A stretch of DNA of 64,000 bases, from NCBI GenBank assembly GCA_028534125.1, contig CM052832.1, forward strand, positions 5,830,001-5,894,000, given 5' to 3'. Of the stretch, positions 1-13,200 are shown in pieces. A model generated the notes under the pieces. That model worked only from the letters and a program-made list of their open reading frames with translations, ran no database searches and was not told the DNA's origin. The translations under genes were made by a program, and so were the position numbers. The stretch's first letter is position 1. Each line of letters begins with the position of its first letter. Source of the stretch: Lama glama. Lineage: Eukaryota.

Positions 1-569
1 GATATTTGCATTTTGTTTGTACTCAGTCATGATTATGGAGTGGTCTTATTTTGTCTCAATTCATCCTGGTCACAAAGTGATATTGTCTGATACTTTTTTG
101 CCAAACAGTCTGTTGTCAACAGGATAACACAAAGCCCAGCTGGGAGGGCCAGACCAGCTCCTGGCAACACCAAGCTGTCAGGGCTACTTGTTCCTTTCTC
201 AAAAGCAATGTGTATTCCTTTCCTAAAGCTAGAAGACAGAGGAAGCATTAAGAAGACAATGAAAAGCTTCCTGGGAGTCTTTTTCTCCCTGAATGGGAAT
301 AGTAGAGTGAGGGGGAGAACAAGAAAGCAAACCCCAGGGTGCGTGCTGGCTCTGCCATGGAGACTCAGGTCTTGGCAGCATTGAGTTCCTGCAGCAGCGA
401 AATATGAAAAGAGAGCCCCAGAGGTCCCCCTCAAAGCCAGCTCTGCTGTGGTGGTAAACAGAGACGGAGCCAGGCTGGATCTGGAAGCTAGCATCCCAAG
501 TCAAATGACTGGAACGTTCTCCGTGGCCAGTATCCTGCAGCCGGCAGCACTGAGCTTCCCCATTCAGTG

Positions 570-775
570 TAGCACTTCTCATGTGCCAAGCACATGTATT
601 AACTCACCTTAAACTCAGAACAACCCTATGAGGTGGGTCCCATTGTGACTTCCTTCTACAGATGAGAAAACTGAGACATGGAGAGGTTAAAAAACAAGGT
701 CACAAAGATAGGAAGTAGGAGACCTGGGATTTAGACTCAGGCAGTCTGGCTTTGGAGAAGGTGCTATTAATCACA
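570..775 (-). mobile_element. MIR SINE
   Basis: Reverse MIR core: aacaaccctatgaggtggg...acagatgagaaaactgag...aaggtcaca...ctgggatttagactcaggcagtctggct. Confidence 0.85.
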
Positions 776-859
776 GCATCAAATAGTGTGACTTGACCTA
801 GCTTTGCCCACTTTGACCAGTAGTAGGTTTTAGAATGCTCTCATCTCCTCTATTGTATC

Positions 860-1020
860 TCTTCTCTCTCTTTTTCCTCTCTCTCTCCATATATATATAT
901 AAAGTATATACATACATACATATCTCTGTCAATATATACACATGTATATGTATTTATATGTATGTGCATGTATATTCATGTATATACACATGTGAATAGG
1001 AGCAAACACACATACACACA
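860..1020. repeat. (CT)n/(TA)n/(CA)n low-complexity tract
   Basis: Degenerate dinucleotide repeats. Confidence 0.8.
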
Positions 1021-2336
1021 TAGTGGGTTTTTTTAATTTTACCTTTATATAGAAGTTCAAGGTAAATTGTCAAAAATGATGGCATGCAAACTCTGGAATG
1101 AGACTACATGCCCTTTTCTATGCATTAAGATATGTGTGAAATTTATACCAGCTCTGAAAATCCTACGATGAGAATCTGTTACTAAATTCCTTTTTTTCTT
1201 TTTAGGGACCAGATAAAATCCTCTAACCTCCTGCTAAGAGCTAAGGGATGAGTGTCTGTTCAGATTCATTCTGAATCCCTTTTTCCTTCCTCCCTGCCTC
1301 TCTTCTCTGTGTTTTACCCTGCCTCATTCTGTACTGGGAAGGGGACATTTCAAGAGACGTCACTTTGTGCTTAAGGGTAATATGGAGCTAGACCCTCCCT
1401 CGCTGCACACCACCACCACAGGTTTTCAGGTAAAACCATCAAATATGTCCCTGACCTGAGCAGCTTGGAGCATTCCTGTTGAATCACTTGCTACCCTCTG
1501 ACTTTGTGGGTATATAGGTACCAAGATGTATCAGCCTTGGCCATCCTTTATGAATGGAGCTTGGTAATCACCTGTTTATTTCAGAAAAGAGTTGATTAAA
1601 AGTAGTCATTCTGCAGTTTTGCACTGATCACCACCTCTAGGTCAGACATCATGGGGATTAGAAAATGTCTGAAAAAAATTCAGCATCTCTCAGGTAGCAG
1701 GGGTGCTTTATCGACCCATTTCTACCCTGCCAAATAGCAACTTAGGACAGGTTTCTTAATTTCATATTCCATTCCCTACAGACATTTGTAATGCTGAATC
1801 GGCCAAATTAATGAATTACAAGCCAAGTTTGTAATTTGACATCATTGGTATCTAGTACCATCTCTGCTGAGTAACACTCAGCAAATGTCCTTCTCAGTAA
1901 AATGAGGCAAACTATATTTCACTAAATCTTACGCTGAATATAAGGCTGTTAATAACAATCATTGCAAGAACTTTAAAAATATCTTTAAAACTAGACAAAT
2001 TTTGTCAGATCATGGCCAATTCAGTTTCACAAACATTTATGGAGCACCAGCCAATGCCAAAAAATTGGAGTACAGCAATAGAAAACATTAAGTGTGTGCC
2101 CTGGACAGTGAGGACTGCCAGCCCTCGGGTACCAGGAAGTGATGGACTGGAATTTGTTCAGGTCATTGTTCCGTGGGGCAAGTCACACTTGCTTCACACA
2201 CCATCATCTGAGATGGTGGACCACCTGCCTTTTGAGTGCACACCGGTGTCTTGGTTTTCAGCTGTGTTGTTTGAATTGAAATAGGACTCTCAGGGTAAGA
2301 GTGAGAAAATAGTGAACACAAATTGTTTTAAATGCT

Positions 2337-2408
2337 ATGTAGAGAGTTAGGGATTCTTTCAAGTGATCAGATGTAGAGAGTTAGGGATTCTTTCAAGTGA
2401 TCAGATGT
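2337..2408 (+). repeat. 34-bp tandem duplication (also present at 2709-2780)
   Basis: atgtagagagttagggattctttcaagtgatcag occurs twice, followed by atgt. Confidence 0.95.
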
Positions 2409-2507
2409 TCTAACCTCAGAATGGAAACCGAAAGGAATAGTAAGAAACCAAGAGAAAAGAGAGCCCCAGAGGTCCCCCCCAAAGCCATCTCCACTGTGGA
2501 GGTAAAG

Positions 2508-2607
2508 NNNNNNNNNNNNNNNNNNNNNNNNNNNNNNNNNNNNNNNNNNNNNNNNNNNNNNNNNNNNNNNNNNNNNNNNNNNNNNNNNNNNNNNNNNNNN
2601 NNNNNNN
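2508..2607. other. Assembly gap (100 N)
   Basis: Run of exactly 100 N. Confidence 0.99.
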
Positions 2608-3047
2608 GTGCACACCGGTGTCTTGGTTTTCAGCTGTGTTGTTTGAATTGAAATAGGACTCTCAGGGTAAGAGTGAGAAAATAGTGAACACAAATTGTTT
2701 TAAATGCTATGTAGAGAGTTAGGGATTCTTTCAAGTGATCAGATGTAGAGAGTTAGGGATTCTTTCAAGTGATCAGATGTTCTAACCTCAGAATAGAAAC
2801 CGAAAGGAATAGTAAGAAACCAAGAGAAAAGAGAGCCCCAGAGGTCCCCCCCAAAGCCATCTCCACTGTGGAGGTAAAGAGAGACAGAACCAGGCTGAAT
2901 CTGAGAGAGAGAACACTCCAGAGGTTAGGAAAACAGGATCTCCGTGGTTGACAGGCCAACTGGACAGAGCAACAAGATAATCCCAAACCCTAATTTCTCC
3001 TTGTAGGAGCCCAGTTTTGTGAAATAATTAAGTAGCTCTTTATCTGG

Positions 3048-3200
3048 ACAGATGGAAAGATGGATAGATGGATGGATGGATAGATGGATAGATGAATAGA
3101 TAGATAGATAGATAGATAGAAAGAAAGACAGGATGGATGGATGGATGGATAGATAGGTAGATAGATGGATAGATAGACAGACAGACAGGATGGATGGATG

Positions 3201-3236
<36 letters not shown>

Positions 3237-3255
3237 TACAGATATACAGATAAGA
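3048..3255 (+). repeat. Compound (GGAT)n/(GATA)n/(GACA)n tetranucleotide microsatellite
   Basis: Directly visible repeat units. Confidence 0.95.
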
Positions 3256-3467
3256 TACCTACATATATAGCTAGACTAAATACACAGAATTGTTAACAGC
3301 AGTTATCTGTATTATGGGACTATGGAATAATTTCTTCACCATTATCTTTTCAATATTCCCCAAATTTTTAATGGAAATATGTCCTTTTTATAATCAGAAA
3401 AAGGTGATTAAAATGTGTATATGTGTGAATGTGTGTGTATACTGTCTCTTTTTCTTTTGACTAAACC

Positions 3468-3618
3468 AATAATTCTCAGTTGAGGGAAGTTTTGTCCCCC
3501 AGACAGTATTCGGCAATGTCTGGAGACAGTTGGTTTTCACAGCTGTGGAGTGTGCTGCTGGCATCTAGTAGGTGGAGGCCAGGATGCTTCTCAACATCCC
3601 ACAATGTACAGAACACCT
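3468..3618 (+). mobile_element. MER20 (hAT-Charlie) DNA transposon fragment
   Basis: ggcaatgtctggagaca...gctgctggcatctagtaggtggaggccaggatgct...aacatcccacaatgtacagaaca matches the recalled MER20 consensus. Confidence 0.85.
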
Positions 3619-5063
3619 TCTAAAACTCATGTATATTAGAAGCTTTGATCTCTGTCTCAGAATTACCAGGGTAAAAATGACCTCTGGACTAACAGATACT
3701 GAAAAAGTTTGTGTTTCTTGTTTACCTTTATGTCTTATATACTGACCAGCACAGATCCTCATGTGTAACAAATTCTAATAAATATATATTGGGCTCAATT
3801 GCATGAAAAGTATATAGCTCCTCTGGACACAATATAGGTATAAAGGTGTATAATAAATTTTTGAATAAGTCATTAAAAGATACATTTTCTAGACTCATCT
3901 AGAATCAAGAATTACCATTGATTTCGTGGGCATCTATCACTTTGCCAGATGTTCTGCAGAGAATAAAAGTAACATGAAATGTGCTCCCTGACCTTGAAGT
4001 ATTTGCAGTCAAACCAAAGAGATGGAAAACTGTTTTGTTCCAGAGGAAAACAGCACATGTTTGCATGCCAAAATGAGTAACTAATTAGTGCAGCAGGAGT
4101 TTAAGGAGCAGGAAAAAAATCAATATGTCTGGAATTATCAGAAATGTCTTCAAGACAAAGAAGGGAACTGAGCTAACAGACTGATAGGTAGAATTTCAAT
4201 ATGAGCAGCAATGAAGGGAGGCACTGAAAGGCAGAGAAAATAGCATGAACAGAACCAAGAAGGTAAGACTGATGATGGCAGGCTGGTGCGGAGGGAGGGG
4301 ACCACGCTGGCTGATGTAGGTCATGGACCTGAACTGCGAGGAAGTGGCCAGGTGATGGTGAAAATCAAATGGGTGACCATCAATAAGAATATTCCATAAA
4401 ATATCTAAACCTATCAACTGCATAAAACATAGCCAGCTCCAAAGTTTGGAAACTGTGTTTTTAGTTTTTATCACATTTAAAGTGATTATTTAACCTAATA
4501 TAATTTAGCTTCATCTTCCCATACATACAGACCTTTGTCCTACAGAAAGCAACAATCTGGCCTACATAATGTACCTAATAATCCATAGAAGTGACGGTTA
4601 GCAAAGACAAACCAAATTTAGCCATAGCCTCGGGTAGCCTTTTACCCCCCTGTGACTACAAAGATAGCAGGAGTCCTCATTTCAGAAGAGAAGTGCTCTA
4701 ATTAAAGAATTACTTCAATTACTTTAACCAATGTCCTAATATTGTTTTTGTCAAGAGAATAAGAGAACAAGTACTCTGGCCAAGGAGTCTTACAGATGAT
4801 AGAAATGAATAATGACTGTTGTTAAGAATCATTGGACTAAACTCAATGCACATAGATGTTGAGCTTCTAATTAAATGCAAGAGCATTGGATCCAAAAAAA
4901 AAAAAAAGAAAGAAAGAAAAAAACTTACCTTATTCATAAATGCAGTTGTCATAACTCTTTCTACCTGTTAGGACAAACATCTTTCCTGACTAGAAACCCA
5001 GAGAAGAGAACTTTGGAGAAAAAATCGGTTTTGTATTGGGGATAAAAAGAACTCCACTGCAAT

Positions 5064-5708
5064 TCCTTAAAAAAGTAAAAACAGAGTTCCTGTATGATCC
5101 AGCAATCCCACTCCTGGGCATATATCCAGATAGTACTCCAATTTGAAAAGATACAGGCACCCCAATGTTCACTGAAGCACTATTTCCAATAGCCAAGACA
5201 TGGAAACAACCTAAATGTCCATTGACAGATGACTGGATAAAGAAGTTGTGGTATGTTTATACAGTGGAATACTACTCAGCCATAAAAAAGAATAAAGTAA
5301 TGCCATTTGCCGCAACATGGATGGACCTGGAGATTGTCATACTAAGTCAAGTAAGCCAGAAAGAGAAAGAAAAATACCATATGATATCACTTTTCTGTGA
5401 AATCTAAAGCAATGATGCAAATGAACTTATTTACAAAACAGAAGCAGACTCACAGACATAGAAAACAAGCTTATGGTTACCAAAAGGGAAAGGTCGGGGG
5501 AGGGATAAATTAGAACTTTGGGGTTACCAGATTCAAAGTCCTATATGTAAAATGGATAAACAACAAGTTCCTACTGTATAGTTCAGGAAACTATATTCAG
5601 TATCTTCTAATGACCTATAGTGAAAAAGAATGTATATATAAAACTGAATCACTATGCTGTATGCCAGAAACTAACACAATATTGTAAATCAACTGTTCTT
5701 CAATTTTT
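5064..5708 (+). mobile_element. 5'-truncated LINE-1 (ORF2 C-terminus plus 3'UTR) with 20-bp target-site duplication
   Basis: ORF 5165-5407 (KTWKQPKCP...WIKKLWYVYTVEYYSAIKKN...FAATWMDLE) is the L1 ORF2 C-terminus. TSD aaaaagaactccactgcaat (5044-5063) and aaaaagaactccaatgcaat (5709-5728). Confidence 0.95.
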
Positions 5709-7500
5709 AAAAAGAACTCCAATGCAATAACAATTAATAGTTAATTTTTTAAAAAAAACTCCCCAGATGGATAGAGCAATATGTCTTTAAAATAAAGGAT
5801 TAGCATTATACACATTTAAACCTATAAATCCTGGAGTCAAATTAACTGTAAAGCAAGAATTCTTAGATGTCCATAAAAGAGGTTTTGGTGAATGTTAAGT
5901 CACCTACAAAGTTTCGTTGGTTAGGAGCAAGACAGCATCACTTACAATGGCGTAACCTAAGTGGAAATTTGGTTTTCTTTAAAGAGAATTGGAGAGGAAG
6001 GTGGGCCATGGCTTTTATTACTGGCTCTTATTCCGTGATGCCATTTAGGACAAATCTTCTTCCAGTTTCTAGTAAGCACTCTTAGATGACTCACAGTTGC
6101 ACTGCATTGCCCAGAAATGCATCATTTGAACCATCAATATTTGAAAGATAAGCTGAGAAGTAAAGTTTTTGATCGTGCACACTGAAACCCCAAATAAAAC
6201 TGACAAAGAAGGGGAAGTATTATATAGAGCAATTAGCAAGTGCTATCAAAAACACAAAAGTCAGTGGTAACAGTAAAACCCCAGCCGTTATAATACATTT
6301 CTTAAAGCACTGGGTAACTCAGAGTTCCAAAATCTAGGTGTCACACCAAGTCCATTTTCCCGGTCTTCTTAAGCTAGGTCACCTTGTTCCTTTAAAGCTA
6401 CTTTTTTGTCTCATGAGTTTCTGGGAGACTAGCCCACGCACGGCTTGCATCCATTCATAGAGTTTTGCACGTAGCACTGCTGTGACTCCAAGGGCAAGAG
6501 TGAACTATGAAGATTTCTGGTAGGTCAGAAAGTTACCAGTTGGTATTACCCTGGATAGTAATTGACAGCGCTAACCCAGGGAAATGGAAAAAAGGAGCAT
6601 TGAAGGTATGGATAATACTTTTATTTTCCCAGCTGCCTTTGGTTTTTGCTAGAAAGGAAGCATGTGGTGGTATCTTAAGATGTCAAGTGCCTGGGGGAAA
6701 AAAATCAGCTCAGTATTGAACAGTATCTGTCACATAGTAGATACTCAAGTAAAATCTGTTGAGTGAACCTTTGCCCATTGACCCTATCAGAGGGGGGCAC
6801 GGAAATTGGTTAAAAAGCAGCATTCTCCATCCACTTTAATGACGCAGTCCAGCATTTAGTCATCACCCACTCTGTGATCTCTCACCCTGAAGGTCTTGCC
6901 CTATGTTTTATGTGACCTGGCAGATCTCTTTTTGACTCACATCCACTGTGAATTAATCAAATCTGTAGGAATTGGCTTCTAAGCGATTTGGCGACCAAGC
7001 TGATTATTAATATTGTAAAATCAATTCAAAGCCATTTTTAAGTGTTTAAAATCATCTAATAATTTCCTAAATCAGCATGTAAGTCAGTTTGGAATGGAGG
7101 TTAGGGACTATCAGTCAAAACGTCAGTTGACAAGGCACTGAATTGCTGAATGGCTAAGGGGCATCTGAAGATGGATGAATAACAGCCCTTGCCCTTGACA
7201 ACTTCTGGTCCATTTAGGGAGACAACGTGTGCTCAGGGGCCAAAAAAAAGAAAAACTCATCTCATAACGTCACATTACATTTACTACATTTACAATTTGT
7301 CAAATCAATAGAACAGACAATAAATGCTTCATTTTGCCCAGAATGCCAGTAAGTTTGGACTTTGCTAACGTAGAAACAGGAACCAAATATATCCTGTTAT
7401 GCAACTGGCATTTGAGACCCCGGTTGGAGGATCAAAGCACTTTGAAGATTAGACTCTGAAGTGCTGTTTAGCATAGATAACCTATCAGGAATTCACTTGA

Positions 7501-9186
<1,686 letters not shown>

Positions 9187-10206
9187 AGGGTGTAGACTAA
9201 TGGATTATTTTTCTTTTCCAGTATTGCACAACGATGCAGGGCAGGTAGTGCTCAGACCTCAGCAGCTTGGGCTGGCCAGGGGTAACAAGGCAAGTCAGAT
9301 CAAGAGTGAATTGCTCATGACACACTCGTGGGAGATGTCCACTTCTTGGGGGGAAGAGGGACTCAAAGAAGGGGAAAAAGTTCTTTGCCACCTTGTTCTC
9401 CACTAAAGATAAGTTTTTGGTGTTATCTTAGAACTCTTCCAAGGAATGGATGAGTCAATGGAGTGTTAGAAGGCCAAAGGAACTGACTGCTTTTAAAAAT
9501 AAAATGCTTAGGAGAGATGAAGAAGAGAGGACAGGGGGCCTCCAAATAGCAGAAAAGACACAGGAAATGTCAAAATTGCCATGGCACTTTTCATATTTGT
9601 TTTTTGAACAGGTCGGTCAAAGGAAACCTATGCACTTGGGAAGTACATATTTAATCCCGTCTAAACCAAAGGACTTCCCAATCCATTTTATGTGTACATA
9701 TATATGTATATATGCTATATATACATATCCTTAGATTTGTCTTTAGTGTACATTGACGTTTGTGTGGAGGAAAGTGTCCATTTGCAGATAGGCCAGCCTT
9801 TCTCTGGAAAGTCAAATCAGTCTTAGCCAATTATAGACACATGAACGGCCATTTATAATCAACTTTAAGTGTTGCATCAGCAAGAATATCATTCAACTGT
9901 GCAATAAGCAAAATAAACAGAGATGTGAGCCCATTAGAGTCACATATCATTACATACCATGTTATGAGTCTTTGAGATTCTTGCTTTGGATGACTTAGCA
10001 AAATAAAAAAACCACAAATGGCATTTGAATGAATTACCATGTGAACGAGGTTTAAGATCTCATGCTAGAGCTAAATAGTTGATGTGGCTCTTCATTGGCT
10101 TTTAAGGGTTCCCTGTATTTGGGAAGGCTGATTTGGTTGTTTTTAGGGAGCTCACTCACTGCAAATGAGCACTTTACACATATTGTCCATGCAAATGTGT
10201 ATAAGG

Positions 10207-10251
10207 GTGTGTGTGTGTGTCTGTGTGTGTGTGTGTGTGTGTGCGTGTGTG
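10207..10251 (+). repeat. (GT)n microsatellite
   Basis: About 22 GT units with two interruptions. Confidence 0.95.
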
Positions 10252-13200
10252 AGTCGGGGTATTCCATAGTTACGGTGTTCTTATTTTAGAGGGTGAAAAT
10301 ATACTGCCATGGAATATAGATCTTAACACAGGAGAAAGGAGACATCACTTGGAAACTTGCCACAGAGAGAAGTAGGGTAAATGACCACCACCACCCATCA
10401 CGCGCCATCAACTGTAAGGAAAATACTCTAATCCTACAAAATCTAGTGCGCTCCTTGCATTGGTATTTGGAACACTGACCCAGGTACGGTCACCATAGCA
10501 GTGGTCACTGTAACCACTGCAATATTGTTTTGTAGCTTCTTGCAATATCATTGTCCTTGTTACCTGAAAAGTGCTTGTCAGTTGGCCAGCCTCCTAAGGT
10601 GATTGTCACTCTCTCGGGTGACATATTAACTGTCACTGCTGATGAATTCTCCCTCAAAAAAAGTATTGAGGTAAACGTTTTCATTGCATTCAAATTTAAA
10701 ACTGCTCCCCCCCGCCCCGCCAGCAGACAGACTCAGCCTGTTGGGTGCTTCTTTGGATGAACACCATGCTTCCTGTCACAGAAAATTACTCAAAAATGCC
10801 TTTTCCCATGCCAAGCAGTAAAATAAGTTAATTTTCAGGTAGGACTGAACAAATGTCCAATGATTATAAAACCTGCCAGTCAGCTCTTTCACTTGGAAGG
10901 GAGCTACTGTTTCCCACCAACTTTGGCTGCATGTTTTAATTGAATTTTAAATATTAAAATCTAAAACAAATGAACAAACAAAAAACTTCTGGACTCAATT
11001 GGTTCAGAAAAGAGATACGAACCATTCCATGCTGATGGCAACGCTTGGACATGAAGTGATTAGATTAGTGAAGTCATGAAACAACAAAACACGTGTAGGT
11101 TTATGAATAAAGAATTTACCAGAATATTAAGGGAAAGGAGAATTGTCCCTAAAATGAAAAACATTCAGCCAAATTTTATTTTATTAAGTGGAATTTGTTT
11201 TGTCCTACCTTGAGGTTGTTGAGTTTCTCTTAGACGTGATCCATGACTTCTCAGTTGTGTTCATGTGGGCAAATATCAATAGATTGAGCATGGAAAATAA
11301 TTGCCATAACATAAGCTATTATTCTTACCATCGTCTTTTGCCTCACGAATGGCTCTGGTAAGATAAACTGGTATTTGGCCCTCATAGACCTGCAGACCAT
11401 GATCTTATATCTGAGGTGAAAGTTTCTGAGCCACTGTTTTTTTTAAAGTGGGGGAGATGAGACTTTTTTCAAGGTTTACTCATCATTTGTGATGATTTGC
11501 TTTACTTCCGTTTCCAAAGATGGGAGGTCATCAGCTGGGACCGTCAGTCCATTTCTTTCCCAAATGTGCCACACGCCATTAATTTACCGATTTTTTAAAA
11601 GCTTGCCTATTTGGGTCATTTTTACCCCCTGATTATCTATGACAATTCCACACACATAGAAAATTTGCAGGCTGGTTTATAAAGAAAGAATCGAGCATGC
11701 CAGTTGCCAAATGCCTGTGAGGGTCGTGACATAATGACCCAACCACTGTGGCAGTTCGAACAGCCTGCCTCCACTTAGATAGTCTCCATCTGGGCGAAGA
11801 AAACAATTCCTTTTCAGGCTGTATCTTCAAGGATCAAAGTCACTAAGGAAACTACACATTTCTTGTAATTCAAGTGACTAGAGGGGTGGAATTTTGGAAG
11901 GAACGTTATCTTTTCCAGGACACCACAGTACTCTTTAGTGAACTGTAGCAATAATTCATTGAAATGGAATTTCTTGTTCTGGAAGAGTTAATACACCACA
12001 CAAAATGCCCTCACGCAGTCCTCGGAAGTAACTTCAGCCCAGGAAGAATGTAACGAAGCATCATCTGACCTCCCACCATCACTGTGAAACAGACATTTCC
12101 AAGAATTCCATTTGCTGAATGCCAAGATACATCCCAAAATATGAGATCATGATTTGCAGGTACCACCAAACTGCTGGGTTTTTTAGTAGCTTCTGTCCAA
12201 CTCTTCCTAGTTTTCCAAGTTTATTCTCATTGTTAAGTGCATTTGTGAAATATTGATGGTGTTTAAATTAAGAACTGATCTACTGCTGGAAGATGGCCAG
12301 TCAACTCCTAGGAGAGAAGAAACCTGTGAGAAACAGCTCAGATACATAGAATAGTTTTATTTGGTTGAAACGTGTCCTTCCCTTAAAGTGAGAGACTTTA
12401 AAAGTTTGTAAAAGCCACAACTTTTCTGAATTTAAACTGGAATATGGATTTGTTTCATCCCATCTGAATTTAAATTTGCATTATAAAGTACCATAAGAGC
12501 GCCACTCTCCATGATGGTTTAATAGAGCTTCAAAGAGGGACTCACCTAAATGATAAGAGATTTGGCAGACAAATTCTTTTCCTCTTATAGTTAAAGGTAA
12601 TCAGATGCTAACTTAGACCATGCATATGTTTATTAAATGAAATCTTCAGTGTCATCCTATGAATTCTTTCAGGGACCAGGAAACCTCTTTGAAGGTTGTG
12701 CATGAATATTCTATGAAAGAAATATTCTCCACTGTGGCCATTATCATGTGAGTGTTCCTTTCCCATTTTATTCCTATTTATTTCTGGAGAATTTTTGGTT
12801 TTACCTTGTGAGATTAGAGAGGAATTATGACAAATGAAGGTCCCATGATGCCACAGGAGCCATTCTTGAATGTTGAATTCAAGAGGGTGAGAGCTTGGCC
12901 CATGTTGTAATTACCCATTGCACTTTCCCATATTAGGCTAATCCTTCTGGGCTTGTGGTTAGAGCTAAGGATTAACTATTGCCGTTCAGAATTACATGTA
13001 TTTTTATAAGTTGACTGTAAATATTATCATTACAGTCACATATTTTTATGACCAAATAGTTACAAATGCCTGGCACTATGCATGCTCTGTTACTAATAGT
13101 ACATAGATTTTTAAAGACACTGTTTTCATGGTTATTGCAACTTTTATTAAAATTCTCATATCACCTGTTCATAAATGCCTTGTAGGTTTTGGTCCCAAGG

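Larger units (their letters stand above)
2236..2879 (+). repeat. 272-bp direct duplication flanking the gap (2236-2507 and 2608-2879)
   Basis: Copies are identical by eye except G2423 versus A2795; both abut the N run. Confidence 0.95.

Noticed and set aside
2236..2879. Direct repeats of 34 bp as a possible CRISPR-like array
   Set aside because: The units are adjacent with no unique spacers, the context is eukaryotic, and a tandem duplication plus an assembly overlap explains them.
5165..5407. 80-aa ORF as a host gene
   Set aside because: It is an L1 ORF2 C-terminal remnant.
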